The notes: generated by a model not told the origin, from the sequence alone. DNA of 64,000 nt from Eledone cirrhosa (GCA_964016885.1 OZ024742.1:258168001-258232000), one strand, 5' to 3'. Shown: positions 1 to 13,884, counted from the first letter of the stretch. Numbers and translations are program-made.

Positions 1-9
1 AAGAATAAG

Positions 10-188
10 AATTGTTTCTACTTTTGACACAAGGCCAGCAATTACCCAGTGCATTACTAGTACTTTATTTTATCGACTCCGTAAGGATGAAAGGCAAAGT
101 CAACCTCGGCGGGATTTGAACTCAGATCGTAAAGGGACGTAACTATGCTGGAAAGCATGACGCCCGACGCTCTACCGATACTGCCAAA
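10..188 (-). mobile_element. tRNA-derived SINE (family A), full-length copy
   Basis: Minus strand has A-box TGGCAGTATCGG and B-box GAGTTCAAATCC, then GCCTTTCATCCTTACGG(A/G)GTCGATAAAATAAAGTAC and the end GTAGAAACAATT; about a dozen similar copies in the window. Confidence 0.9.
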
Positions 189-189
189 T

Positions 190-1750
190 AAAGAATAATG
201 CTAAAATCTAAGGAGAATAAAATTTTACGATAAATGTGTTAGTGAAAAATATCAAACATAAGGCATTTAGATCTATAAAAAGAAATTTATAGGGATAAAT
301 TTATATTAATTCATATAGATACCTATCAGAAATTGAAAATATTAAAAAACTCATAATAATATTAAAAGACTATTATAGTGTCACTATTACATTTGAAAAC
401 ACAAGTAAAGTAGTTAATTTCCTTGATATAACTTTAGACTTATCTACGGGTATCTACCAACCTTACCATAAACCTAACCAAAACTTACATTACATACACT
501 CACAATCTAATCACCCTAGATCTATTCTTAAAAACCTAGCATATAATATCTCACTCAGAATTTCTAACCTTTCATTTAACCAGGATATATTCGATAAAAA
601 TGCGACCTTTTATAACGAAGCTTTAGCTAGAAGCGGCCACAAAGACAAATTAGTATATATACCTTGTACCAATAATACTACAAACATGCAACCCAATATT
701 ACCAACAAACACCAAAAGAAATATACACACCTAAATGCCACTCACACTATACCCCAAAATACCAACTTAAAACTTAATTTCTCTACCTCTTCTAATATAG
801 TTATTATATACAATATAATAACTTTCAAAAAACCATTCATCCTAATATTCCAATATATGTTAATAACATTACTAACAAAATTCCTAATAATCAGGCTAAA
901 ACACCTAAATCAGTGAATCTAACTAAACATATGTGTAATAAAATCACTAATACTAATTATCGTAGTAAACATCAGGATACATCGTATAAAAAAGAAAAAA
1001 ACAACATCGAAACCGTAATATATTAAAGATAATATACCTAAACAATGTTTTACTATCCTAGAGAAAAACTTCCCGCCAAACCATAAATAGCATCAAATTT
1101 TAAATAGATCAACGGTCAAATTCTCCTACTCCACAACCAAAAATATACAACAAAATATAAGTGCCTACAATGCATATAAATGTAAAAAAGAAAAACATGA
1201 ATATACAACCAACACATCAAACTAACCATAATACTAAAGTAAACCACAACAAACCACCATTTCATTCACATACAACAAGTTGAGACCTAATTTGACTAAC
1301 TCCCCTGATATAACATTCACCAAAGGTTGTAACTGTAGAAACAAAGCAAATTGCCCATTAAAAGGAAATTGTCTTATTAATAACATAGTATATAAATGTA
1401 AAATTAGCACTAAAGACTCAACTTATTCATATATAGGAGCTACTTCTAACCAATTTAAAGTAAGATTTAATACCCACAAACACAGTTTTAAAAATGCCGC
1501 ATTAGCTAATACAACATCCTTAGCTGAAATTATTAATAATTATAGAAAAAGGAATATCGATTATAACCTGACCTAGAGTGTGCTTGAAAGGGCCACCCTT
1601 TATCAAAATAATAGATATGAATGTAGATTATGTTCCCAGGAACTTTTTGAAATAATGAAATCTAAGGATATCCTAATAAATAAGCGACAAGAATTAATTA
1701 TATCGTGCAATCATAGAATTAGAAAAATTTTCAAATATTATCAACCTAAT
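190..1750 (+). pseudogene. 5'-truncated, decayed Penelope-like element: RT C-terminus plus GIY-YIG endonuclease (Naiad-like)
   Basis: ~413-660 translates as VNFLDITLDLSTGIYQPYHKPNQNLHYIHSQSNHPRSILKNL; ORF 1280-1576 has CNCRNKANCPLKGNC..IVYKC..YIGATSNQFKVRFNTHKHSF; after a stop come CRLCSQEL and INKRQELIISCNHR. Confidence 0.88.
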
Positions 1751-2227
1751 TAATATACACAACCTATGATTAATATTCTACTACTAAGAACTGCATAATT
1801 TTATTTCCCTTTTAAAGCTATCTTTTTTTTAAATTTATTCCAATAAGTATACATATACACTATTTTAATTTCCTGTTATGAATTTAAATTCCTTGTAATC
1901 TATATAAGTTTGTTATTTTTCACTAATACATTTATCGTAAAATGTTATTCTCCTTAGATTTTAACATTAGCATTATTCTTTAATAACATCAAATTTTCGT
2001 GTACCTGTCACCGGCTTGACCTATTTTCATCCCAAAGTAATCTTTTCATACAAAATACTCTTTCCATTCAAAACTGAAGTCTGCAATCCTCTACCCCTAA
2101 ATTAAATTTCTACTACTTCTATTCTATCAACTTGACGACTTACTACTTTTCTATTGGTCAATTCAAAACCTGTTCCCAAACGGACCTATTATATTAAATC
2201 TTAGTTGTTTTTTTCAATAAACAAATA

Positions 2228-2366
2228 TCATTATTTCTGATGACAGCATATATATGTGTAGGTATGTATATTCCCTCTGATAGTTTGTAAAATGTTTTAC
2301 ATAGATCTATATGATATACATACCAACACACACATATATATCCTAGAAACGATCGTAAAATGATGA
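2228..2366 (+). ncRNA. Type I hammerhead ribozyme with long stem II, in the 3' region of the Penelope-like remnant
   Basis: TCATTATTT-CTGATGA-(~100-nt stem II, ATATATATGTGT/ACACATATATAT and GGTATGTATAT/ATATACATACC)-GAAA-CGATCG-TA-AAATGATGA; 9-bp stem I and palindromic stem III. Confidence 0.85.
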
Positions 2367-2499
2367 ATTTTTTAATATAAGGAACTGTTTCTTTGTTTTT
2401 ATTCATTATTTTTATTAATTTATATATATACATATATATACATATATATATACACATATATATTTATATACATATATATATACATATATATATATATAG

Positions 2500-3745
2500 T
2501 GTATATAAATGTATTGAACAGAACCTCACACTTTACCATTGTTTTCATGATCTCAGTAAGGCATACAATATTGTTTGTATAAATGCCTTAACGTTGGTCG
2601 TGTCAAACTTTGGATGCTCTCAAAAGTTGGTAATTGTAGTGAAAGCTCTTCATAAAAATATGAAAGCTAGAGTGGACTTTCGCGGCGGAATCTCTGTTAT
2701 TTTGGGGTTAAAATTTTATGTGAATCGCGGAGACATCAATGTATTCGCGGAGACATCAGATATATTTTGCTGCCATAGTCTATCATACTTTCCGATACGA
2801 TAATCAACTGGCGTATGTAAGATATCGTACTACAGGAAATGTCTTTACTAAACGTAAGAGCAAAATGTAATACTCATTAACAAAACACCTACTGTATGCT
2901 AATGAGTGAGATCTGGTAACACATAATGTGCAGATGATTGCAAATGTTAATTTCTGCATTTGATTCCGCATGGCATATCTGATGTGATTATAATTGGAAA
3001 GAAAAAGAAAGTTTTGTGCCAATTTGTACCTGGTCAATTTGTGCAACAACCTAACATATATATGAAAGGTAATCCTAAGGTTGTTGTATCTTTCATGAAA
3101 ATGCAGTGAATATAGATAGAATATATCCCTAAGGAACTGTTTCATGGGGAATTTATTCTGGACAAAGTAAACAGTGTAGGCAAATGAAAATGTTCCAGGA
3201 TGTATTGAAGAAGTACTTGAAGAATGTCTGTATTGATCCCACAAATCTGGAAAACTCACAGCTGATCGCTCTACTTCGCTTTAAAGAATATACTGTAGTG
3301 TGGAAAGCTTTGCGCATAACAGGATAATGCAAGTAAATATCAAGATGAATATAAGAAGAAATAAACAGCTATAAGCATAAAAGCTAGAATAAAAGCTATA
3401 AGAAATTAATGGAAATTTTACTATTTGTAAAATATGTGACAAATTCTTACTATCAGAAACAGGACTTCAAAGTCACATTAGAGCATACATTAGAGGACTT
3501 CCTATTTCTTATGGAAGGTAGTAACCCCTTCACGCTTATCAATGCCACGTCTGCCACAACATCTGCAAATTCCGGACGTCTTATGATCCATGGCAAAGTT
3601 CATCAAGATCAGACAACATAGGCTCTGCAATATGTGGCAATACTAATGGACGGAAAGTATGTCTGGTCAAAAATTCCACATAAAATCCCGTGCTAGAATA
3701 ACATCAAATACACTTAAGTGGTCAACCTTTATATGATCAGATGAC

Positions 3746-3750
<5 letters not shown>
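2500..3750 (+). pseudogene. Decayed RTE-clade LINE (RT to 3' end)
   Basis: KCIEQNLTLYHCFHDLSKAY..FGCSQKLVIVVKALHKNMKARV (RT); C-terminal C2H2-like CKICDK..GLQSHIRAH near 3425-3490; many stops and frameshifts. Confidence 0.75.
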
Positions 3751-3832
<82 letters not shown>

Positions 3833-3877
3833 ATGTATAGAAATTGTTGTAGCGAGAAGCTAACAGTATTCCATAGC

Positions 3878-3971
<94 letters not shown>

Positions 3972-3998
3972 GTATATATATATGTATATATATATATA

Positions 3999-4392
3999 TA
4001 TATTAATAAGAGGAATTCCAACTTTGTCTGATTTACTCGTTTTATTTACAATCCTTTAAAATATATATAATGGTATTATAATGAAATAGTATGATAGAAT
4101 ATTAAATTCTAAGTGTTAATTGAACAAGTACTTTCATGCTTTCGCAATCTTCAGGTTCATGATATGTGGTGACAGTCGAGTTTGCAATTTTCACAGTTGA
4201 AAATTGCAAACTCGACTGTCACCACATATCATGAACCTGAAGATTGCGAAAGCATGAAAGTACTTGTTCAATTAACACTTAGAATTTAATATTCTATCAT
4301 ACTATTTCATTATAATACCATTATATATATTTTAAAGGATTGTAAATAAAACGAGTAAATCAGACAAAGTTGGAATTCCTCTTATTAATATA
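3999..4392. repeat. Perfect palindrome (~195-bp arms, 4-nt loop at 4194-4197) between (TA)n tracts
   Basis: The arms are exact reverse complements by inspection. Confidence 0.95.
4232..4270 (+). ncRNA. Minimal hammerhead ribozyme (mirror copy on - strand at 4121-4159)
   Basis: TGAAC-CTGAAGA-TTGCGAAAGCAT-GAAA-GTAC-TT-GTTCA; stem III palindrome AGTACT. Confidence 0.85.
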
Positions 4393-4440
4393 ATCTTCTA
4401 TACACAATCATACACACCCGTGTATATTTACCTATCTATA

Positions 4441-4506
<66 letters not shown>

Positions 4507-4739
4507 TATATAATCTATATTCTTCTGCTAATAAGTGTGACGGTACGCACCCTTTGTTGTGAACATCGAATCTCACATGGGATTTTTTCGAGTTACCACC
4601 ATTTATCCGAACAAAGATATTCGGATATTCGTATAGAGACATCAGGGAATCAAGAAGCTGACCATCGATCCCACATTCCTGAACAAACTTCCGTGGCATG
4701 TCCCGAGGAACGCGGTCATATGTATTTGCAAAGTCGACA

Positions 4740-5170
4740 AAGTATTATATACATCTTTCCAATTATCCTGCGATCACTCGAAGATCAATCGGGTGTGAAT
4801 ATTTGGTGGGGGAGTGCTGGGGCGACAACCACACTCTTCATCAGCAAGCTTAGATTGTCAATCTCCCTGCATCTCTTTGCCAGGAATTTAGCATAGACTT
4901 TACAAGGGAGGCTTAACAAGGAGATCCTTCTACAATTGGAACAATCTCTCTTGTCCCTATTTTTGAAAATTGGGTTAATCACTTCCGATGGCTATTGCTT
5001 AGGTTTATTTCCGGAGATCCAGACTACCGGACTCAGACAAGTCAGCCAGCGAATACCTTCTCTATTTATGTCTTTTAACATCTCGTATGAATGTGAGGAG
5101 CAAATAGACAGACATATATCTTTTCTTTAAAAACCCGACTGCTGCATTTTTGCCGATGGGTATACAGCCA
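4740..5170 (-). pseudogene. RTE-like LINE RT fragment
   Basis: INPIFKNRDKRDCSNCRRISLLSLPCKVYAKFL matches the RT domain-1 pattern PIxKxGDxxxCxNYRxISLL. Confidence 0.75.
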
Positions 5171-7446
5171 AACTGCAATTGAAGTGCACTCAAGATGTGA
5201 AGTTCTGAGCTTGTCAAGGGACTTCCTCAATGTAAGGACAAATTCTCCAAACTGATCGCTACTGGTTTTGTAAAGGGAAATGTATCAAGTGGTTTTATGG
5301 TCATCTGAAGTGTATTTAAGATTAGACTGCCGACGAGTAACTGAGTTGCTAGAAGAAGCAATCTATTTCAGCCTAATTGTTACTCATACAAAATATAGAT
5401 GCATCAGTTAATTTCTTATATATATATATATACATATATATGTGTGTGTGTGTGTGTGTGTATATATATGTGTGTGTGTGTATGTGTGTGTGTGTTTATA
5501 TGTGTTTACATTTATCTGTTGGTATGAGCGTGTGCCTCTGTGTTAGTTTGTGTATAAATATGAAGTAGTTGTTCCTTTAAATCTTCAATACATAACTGTA
5601 CTCTTTTTCATTTATCTTTGACGTGTATTTTTTATGCTATTTGGAGCGGTAACTTTCTTAAATTCAGAATCAGAATAGATTACGTTTTTGCATATCGATC
5701 ACGTGTTTACTAGAAATTAAAGAAGAAGTATGAAAATGTGTTTCAATACAGTATAGATAAACGAATTAAACAGGCATGCAGTATATGATAATAAAATAGA
5801 TATTTATAGAATTCCTCACAAACCATTGTCTACTACTATCTCGGCGTTAATAATATCAGGTTATTAATCAAAATAGATGCAGTATACCTAAACCAAATTA
5901 TAAATGTCACGCTCAAACCAATGAGAAATTTTAAATCAAGCGTTCATAAATTAGTGCCACTTCAGTGAGCTTTTCAGTCCCTGTCAATTGAAAGATTATT
6001 AGCTTCGTAAACATGTTACATATTTGGATGGTGGAATACTACTCATTCAAACTAAGCATAAATTATTAATATAGGAATAGGTAGAATCCTTAATGAAATT
6101 GATCAAACTAGATCACAGTCGTTATATATATAATCATCGATTATTTGGAGAAATTAGACGTAGAAAATAAATGATAAGAAAAAGAACATTTAACCCAGAG
6201 AGAGTGGAGTCAACCTATATGTGAAAAATAAGAATGTCGGTTGTTGGTATTAGCCACTGTGTACTTTTTGTATTGTCCCAGATTTTCTAGACTTTATTTA
6301 TAGCAGCCAACTGTGTTTATATATATTTTCTGCATCTGAGTTTTTTCTATCAAGTTCACATCTCAGTGCATAGAAAGTTCGCCACTATATACTGTAGTTT
6401 TGTTACTGAAGAACAATCAATTACTGATTCATACACGATTGTGTTGGATCTTAGGCTTTGATGATGGATTGCGAACCGCGATTTCCCTAAGTATAAAATG
6501 TGTATAAAACATCTTATCCATATTTTATCGCATGTTTCGACTACTAATAAGCGGTGATGATACAAGCGAAGAATACAACGTTAAACTTGATCATCGTAAT
6601 AGCATTGAGTGCTAAAACTAGTGCACTAAGAGTAATTGAATGTTGCGCGCACACACACACACACAGACACACACGCACGCGCGCACGCATGCGCACGCAC
6701 ACATGTATATGTATATATATCAAAGGCATGTATTAAGTTAGAAACTCAAAATAGTCTCTTACAATAAAATTAGCTCTAGGAAAGTGGTTTTTCCGAGATG
6801 TATAATATAACTGAACAAAAAAGAAACACGAACACAGACATATACATATATGTGTTCAAATCGTAAGGGACCAGATTCGCTAAGGTGAAAAGAATACTAA
6901 CTATAGACAATGGGTTTGCCAGACTCAATTTAAAAATAAATCAAGAAAAATAAATACAAACCAGAGTTGTGGTAACTACCAATTACCCGGACTGTTTTGA
7001 TAATACTTTTTCGCAATATTAATTGTGAAGAGGAATACCAAAATTCTAGCTCATCAGCGGCTGAAAAATTATTAGTATCCCAGTCACTTCTAGGTATATT
7101 AAAAACTGGATAGTGCTCGTATATATAACGCACATGGTGCCAGAACTTAGCGTGTCTCGCAAACCCACGCCACTAAACATAGCAGCCGTGTTTACTCGAC
7201 ATTTGAATTAGCTCGACGAATTAACGGAGCCGAATATATCAAAGGCATGTATTGAGTTTCTAACTCAATACATGCTTTGATATATTCGGCATGTGTTAGG
7301 TATTACTGATTTAAAAGCTAATTTCTCCTCCTATATATTTGATTATATATATATAAATATACACCCATTTGTTATTAGATGCTGACTGTAAGGTATTAAT
7401 GATATAAAAGCTAATGTTTCCTCCTATATATTTGATTATATATATA

Positions 7447-7509
<63 letters not shown>

Positions 7510-7511
<2 letters not shown>

Positions 7512-8873
7512 TAGACAATTATCAAAGTTGTGTTCAAATCATTTAATAGCTGCCAATCGTTTCTTCCAAACTTTCGTTTGGAACATCGGAGCTTTATCAA
7601 TGTTTGTACATATAATTAAACTCCTATTAAACTGAACAATCATATAGATACATATATATTGATGTTGTGAGGAACAGTTTCGTATTTAGAGGGTGTACTG
7701 GATGCGACATATATTATACGAGCATTGTACAATAAATCAAATTAAAATTAAAAGCACAGAGTGGAATACATGCAACAGATAATGCAAGAGAATAGTCTAA
7801 TAATTAAAGAGGCATTGAGAAAGAAGCATTGAGAAAGAAAGAGTACATTAGCAAGTGTGTAGAAAGTGCACATGCGTTAGTCATATATATGATCAGGAAA
7901 TAAGCAAGGTATTACGTATATATATATAAATACATAAATACTGTATGGTAAGCAAATATGTTAATGTATTAACATTTTTGGCGGGTGTAATATGTTAATA
8001 GTGTTCGAATGTGTGTGTGTTGATAAAATCAAAGTTATTGTAGTCCTTTCCATTAGATATGTTGAATTATATTTTAGTTAATGTTTATATTGAATGTTTT
8101 AAGTTAGTTAAAGGAATGGATTGTAAATTGGTCTTATTGTATTCTTATTCATAGATTAGAGTTGTTCAACAGGTAGTTTTTCCAACGGTTTAATTTTCGG
8201 AAGTGAGTATGAGCTCTAAGATTAAGAGGTGGTAATGTGTAAGGGGAGGTAACAAGCTAATTAAATTAAATTATTTAAATTCTTTGCTCTAATACACATT
8301 CTAATGTGATACAAGTGAATCTCTATTACATAATATATAGTTATACTTAATTTTAAATACAGTGTATAATACATTAAAAGGCCCATTAGATTGTTGTCTA
8401 TTCATTACTGGACAAGATATATGTTATGGAAAATGTAATAGCTGTTTACATGTCCAAATAGTTATATCTTTAATATACACTATTGTGTTAAAAGTTAATC
8501 CCTTATATACAATGCTATTAATTTATATATTTAATTATAAATGTATATATACTTAATTATTATTATATTGTGTTAAAAGTAAATCCCTTATATACATGCT
8601 ATTAATTTAAATATTTAATTATAAATGTATATATAATTTATTATTACATATTACATTAAATGTCTCTACATATTATATATCCATACTTTATATATTATAA
8701 TTAAGCTATAGTAGTTATATCAAAAGTTGGTAACTTTATCCTTAATTCTAATTATATGTAATTATAATTATATGTACAAACATTGATAATGCTCCGATGA
8801 TTCCAACGAAAGTTTGGAAGAAACGATTGTCAGCTATTAAATGATTCGAACACAGCTTTGATAATTGTCTAAT
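7510..8873. mobile_element. Non-coding element bounded by ~108-bp inverted repeats (7510-7618 / 8765-8873) carrying a hammerhead-like motif
   Basis: 8791-8834: GCT-CCGATGA-TTCCAA..TTGGAA-GAAA-CGATTG-TC-AGC (U4C core variant); the left arm abuts (TA)n. Confidence 0.7.
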
Positions 8874-9031
8874 ATATATTCCTGCTCTGTAAGACTCCTG
8901 ATATTCTTAGATTGAGCTATTTCTCTTACTGGTACTTACTGGTAATAAGGTAGTAGGAAATTACTGACCTTTCCTGTTTATAGTTGTTTATAGTATATAC
9001 ATAACTATAAATAGTATTATTATTATCTATA

Positions 9032-9218
9032 GGATGGTGTATTGGCAGTATCGGTGGAGGGTCGGACGCCATGCTTTCCAGCATAGTTACGTCCCATAAC
9101 GATCTGTGTTCAAATCCCGCCGACGTTGACTCTGCCTTTCTTCCTTACGGGGTCGATAAAATAAAGTACCAGTAATGCACTGGGTAATTGCTGTCCTTGT
9201 GCCTAAAGTAGAAACAAT

Positions 9219-9222
<4 letters not shown>
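9032..9222 (+). mobile_element. SINE family A copy
   Basis: Same A/B boxes and 3' end as the other copies. Confidence 0.9.
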
Positions 9223-9279
<57 letters not shown>

Positions 9280-9343
9280 CAAGGTTTAGCCAATAAAAAG
9301 TTTTAAAATACATTTTAAAATGTTTACTGTACCTGCTGTAATT

Positions 9344-9428
9344 ACCCTTACCGTACGGTTCGATTCTCAAAATAAATGGATAGTCCATGCGGAAAATCGA
9401 TTGAAAAGAAAGACTCTCGTCAGAGGGT
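9344..9428 (-). ncRNA. Degenerate hammerhead motif
   Basis: ACCCT-CTGACGA-GAGTCT..AGAATC-GAA-CCGTACGG-TA-AGGGT; one A of GAAA is missing. Confidence 0.65.
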
Positions 9429-9491
9429 TCTTTTCACTCTGAGAATATAAAATTCCCGAGTTCAAATCACGCTATTCAAAATTTTCTCCGT

Positions 9492-9522
9492 GGTGAGAGT
9501 GTATGATAAAGAAGCAATTCTG

Positions 9523-9584
<62 letters not shown>

Positions 9585-9608
9585 TGCTTCTTTATCATAC
9601 ACTCTCAT
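9492..9608. repeat. ~30-bp inverted repeats enclosing a (TA)n tract
   Basis: GAGAGTGTATGATAAAGAAGCAATTCTGTATA ... TATACAGAATTGCTTCTTTATCATACACTCTC. Confidence 0.85.
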
Positions 9609-9619
9609 ATATATATATA

Positions 9620-10166
9620 TTGGTAAACCGATACGTGCATATATATATGTGTGCATGTATGTATATATGTATACATACTACTGTACGTATGTATACATGT
9701 ATGTATGTACGAATACATACATGCATACTTACATTTAAGTAACTGCCGTACTAACAGTGAGAAATGAAATTTCGTTTCATTCTATACCATTTATCGTTTT
9801 CGGTGCGCCCGGCCGACTAAACTCACTTGATATGCAAATTAGGCTGGTCAGCCGTTAATATGCATAAGGAAAGTATATAGTTTCAGACGTTCAATCATCT
9901 GACAGGAAGGTATACAATGCTGACGATAGCTAATAAGCTTGAAACTAGTACATCGTTCCTGTGTCAGTGTTGAACGAAAAGGTGGCGTGGTTGCCTAAAC
10001 ACTGTTTGGCGTAATTCGGGCCGCTTGTTTGTTTAAAAACAAACCGAGCATTATAATAAATGTTCGGTAAACCGATACGTGCATATATATATATGTGTGC
10101 ATGTATGTATATATATATACATACTATTGTCGTATAAATGTATGTACGTATACATACATGCATACT

Positions 10167-10170
<4 letters not shown>
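9620..10170 (+). mobile_element. Short non-coding element with direct terminal repeats (9620-9735 / 10065-10170) and an internal hammerhead; diverged inverted copy at 11370-11680
   Basis: GGTAAACCGATACGTGCATATAT.. is repeated; reverse-complement similarity to 11370-11680. Confidence 0.7.
9914..9956 (+). ncRNA. Minimal hammerhead ribozyme
   Basis: ACAATG-CTGACGA-TAGCTAATAAGCTT-GAAA-CTAG-TA-CATCGT; stem III palindrome ACTAGT. Confidence 0.82.
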
Positions 10171-10234
<64 letters not shown>

Positions 10235-10343
10235 TATATTCATATATATGATATATTCATTTGTATTACACGGCTCGGAAATATTCCTTTCTTTGAGCTA
10301 TTTAAATGTAAAAGACTATTTTGAGTTTATAACTCAATATGAT

Positions 10344-10481
<138 letters not shown>

Positions 10482-10485
10482 TATG

Positions 10486-10545
<60 letters not shown>

Positions 10546-10719
10546 CATTTGTCATTAGATGTTGACTAACCATGGCTGTGTATGCAAGACTCCAAAGAGT
10601 AACCGACATGAGCATCATTTCAAATGCGATGTTGTACTCCTTGACCGATTATAGTGAAATAACGGTTCATGATTTAAGTACAGGGTCAACTATTTGGGGG
10701 GAAAAGAGAAAAGAAAGTT

Positions 10720-10882
10720 GATTCAATCGACTCCAGTGCATTACTGATACTATATTACATCGACTCCTACAGAGGAAAGACAAAGCAAATCACGGCATGA
10801 TTTGAAATCAGAATATCCATGGCCGTAACATTATGCTGCAAATTATGAATTTCGACGCTCACAGGATTCTGGCAAATCCACC
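10720..10882 (-). mobile_element. Diverged SINE family A copy
   Basis: Degenerate match (CCAGTGCATTACTGATAC..GATTTGAAATCAG..GCAAATCCACC). Confidence 0.65.
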
Positions 10883-11175
10883 ATGCTGATTATATTTAAA
10901 GCAATGATGATTACGAAGATACTCTGTAGATAATCGTACATAATGTTGTTCATAATCTGACTTAATACCTTTGTATATTGTGTTCATAATTACTCAATGC
11001 TGTTATCACCCAACTACCAACACGATATTATCGGATGACATCTTAAGTAAAATAATTATGTAACGTTTCCAATGCAACACAGGAATGGTTATCAACAAGA
11101 CCATGGCTGAATTTGATACCTTCCTAGCTGATCCATTCCATTTATGTTTAATATGTTTGAATATATATATAGTGC

Positions 11176-11371
<196 letters not shown>

Positions 11372-11682
11372 GGCAAAAATGAAACGAAATTTCATTGCTC
11401 ACCCACTCTTATAACGGCTGTCACTCAAATATAAGCATGCACACGTACATACATATATGTATAGAGGCGTACAGTAGTATGTATATATATACATACATGC
11501 ACACATATATGTATATGTACGTATGGATTTAACGAACATTTATTATAATGCTCGATTTGTTTGTAAACAAACATCCCGAATTAAGTCGTACAGTGTTCAG
11601 CAACCATCGTTGCCCTTTTGTTCAACACTGGCAAAGGAACGTTTCAAGCTTATTAGCTATCCTCAGCACCGTATACCATATA

Positions 11683-11755
<73 letters not shown>

Positions 11756-12997
11756 ATGTATATATATGCGTGAGTATGTGTGTTTTTGTGTTTATAAATA
11801 AATGTTAATAACCACGGATCGTGTTCATGTCACTTTTTTTGAAAATAATCGAATTTGAATATGATTTCGTTTGGGTCGTATAATTCTACTTGAGTTGTAA
11901 TTGGTTCAAACACCACAATACATTTCCTAACCATTAGAATATCCAACAAAGAGCGAGACATACAAATACATAAAACCTTTTCTTTAAAAGTCTGTCGATG
12001 CAAACCAACAACTAAATTCTGATACATAACAGGAAGTATATTTTCATGTCTCTCGGTATTTCAAAACTCAATTTTATATTTTTATACGCGACAATAAGAC
12101 AATTTTATGACAAGAACTCTATTCGTTGATTTGTTTATTTGAATCATATTAGAGCATAAATATTTCTTTATTTTCATACATAATATAATATAATAGTATA
12201 TGGTAATGGTAAAATATAATTTTGTAAGTTTCATTATTTATGTAGCTGCTAGAGCTCGTAAATTAGATAAACTGTCTAATATAATCACAATAAATATCGT
12301 ATTGTTCAAACTAGATATGGTTTGTTCACCACTGAAGACAAGTGATATGATGAAAGTCACGGGATCTTGATGTATAGTAACAAGCAAAATGTGACGGTTA
12401 ATCGTGCATTCGTGCGTTTTAATCAGAAACGGTAAATGCAGAATTGTTCTCCGTTGTGTTATGTTATACTTGTAAGCATTCACGTATTTCGTAAACATTA
12501 ATATATCTATTTATATAAGTCTATGTACGAGATAATGAAATCGTGCGTCTCTTCACTGAAGAAACTTATTAGATAGACACAACCGGACCCACACAACCGT
12601 ATTCACAGAACATCACACATTCGTATGTATATGTATATATATATAATCGTGAGATGAAATTCTATTCAAACACTCAACGTCATGTTACTGCTTCAAAATA
12701 AGCCTGAGGGAGTATAATCTGAATGAGGAAAACGGTACTTAAATGTTCAACTTCCCATGCCTCTGCGTCTGCGCAGAGCTGTCGGGAGGTTCGAATGTGT
12801 AGAAGTGAGCGGTCAAGCAAAGCGAAAGCATAACAAGCTTTTAGTTCGCTCCCTTCCACCCATAATTGCCTGTGAAACGTTACCTATTACACCATTTTGC
12901 TGTGTGAGGTAATCATGATGTTGATGGTCATTGAAATATGTATAACGGCCACTTTATACATATAAAGGACACTATAACAACTATAACTTCGCATTTT

Positions 12998-13125
<128 letters not shown>

Positions 13126-13136
13126 TAACAGATTAA

Positions 13137-13187
13137 AGTTTAAGCAAAGAATCGCTGCTTTCACCCTTAACGGGATCTTCAGAAACT
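13137..13187 (-). ncRNA. Hammerhead ribozyme in a ~70-bp island between (TA)n tracts
   Basis: AGTTT-CTGAAGA-TCCCGTTAAGGGT-GAAA-GCAGCGATTCTTTGC-TT-AAACT; same family at 55548-55727 and 57341-57502. Confidence 0.82.
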
Positions 13188-13215
13188 GAAATATATATAT
13201 ATATATATATATATA

Positions 13216-13430
13216 TAGCGAAGGAAAAGTGGTAAGGAACCAGGTGGACCATAACGCACCAAAGTACTCAATACTTAGGGTAGTAGAGTGGGTAATAGGA
13301 GTAAGTAAGACCCCGACGGCTGAGCTCAAGCCGTTTCGACGGCTAATTCTGTACTGAATTACAGAATTAGTACAGAATTAGCCGTCGAAACGGCTTGAGC
13401 TCAGCCGTCGGGGTCTTACTTACTCCTATT
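13216..13430 (-). mobile_element. ~200-bp fold-back mini-element (family F) with a half-hammerhead
   Basis: Hairpin GACCCCGACGGCTGAGCTCAAGCCGTTTCGACGGCTAATTCTG / its reverse complement, plus a unique tail; flanked by (TA)n. Confidence 0.85.
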
Positions 13431-13884
13431 ATATATATATATATATATATAAATGTGTATGTGTGTGTGTATGTGTGTGTGTGTGTGAGTGAGTGAATGT
13501 GTGTGTGTGTGCATGTGTGTGTTGGGGCTAATCAGCCTATGTAAATAGCTATCAAAACTGTTTTCGCCTCTATTGTGTTCCAGTAGAGAGCAGGGTAAGG
13601 GAGGACTATCTGGATAACAACCAAAGTCAGAAACCATGATCATTGTCGACAATTACACAAACTTGCTTCTTTAGAAGTTAGCTAGATGGCGTTATGTCAT
13701 CAACTTTCAAAATTCATAGCTGAAGGCTTTTAAAGTAGTAACTGTGTCACTTCCTTACTTTGAAACTCATAGCGAATGCTCTTCAAAATATGTTTAATTA
13801 AACATAGAGTATATTGCCAAATATAATATACATACATTATTGTATACGTCGCTATTTCAGAGCACCAATACGAATATATATATA

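Noticed and set aside
1325-1720. Selenocysteine recoding as reported for some Naiad elements
   Set aside because: The conserved Cys positions here and at 43450-43870 use TGT/TGC, and the interrupting stop after 1573 is TAG; no evidence for Sec
13216-13430. CRISPR-like or bacterial REP palindromes
   Set aside because: Eukaryotic context, dispersed copies, no spacer array and no cas genes
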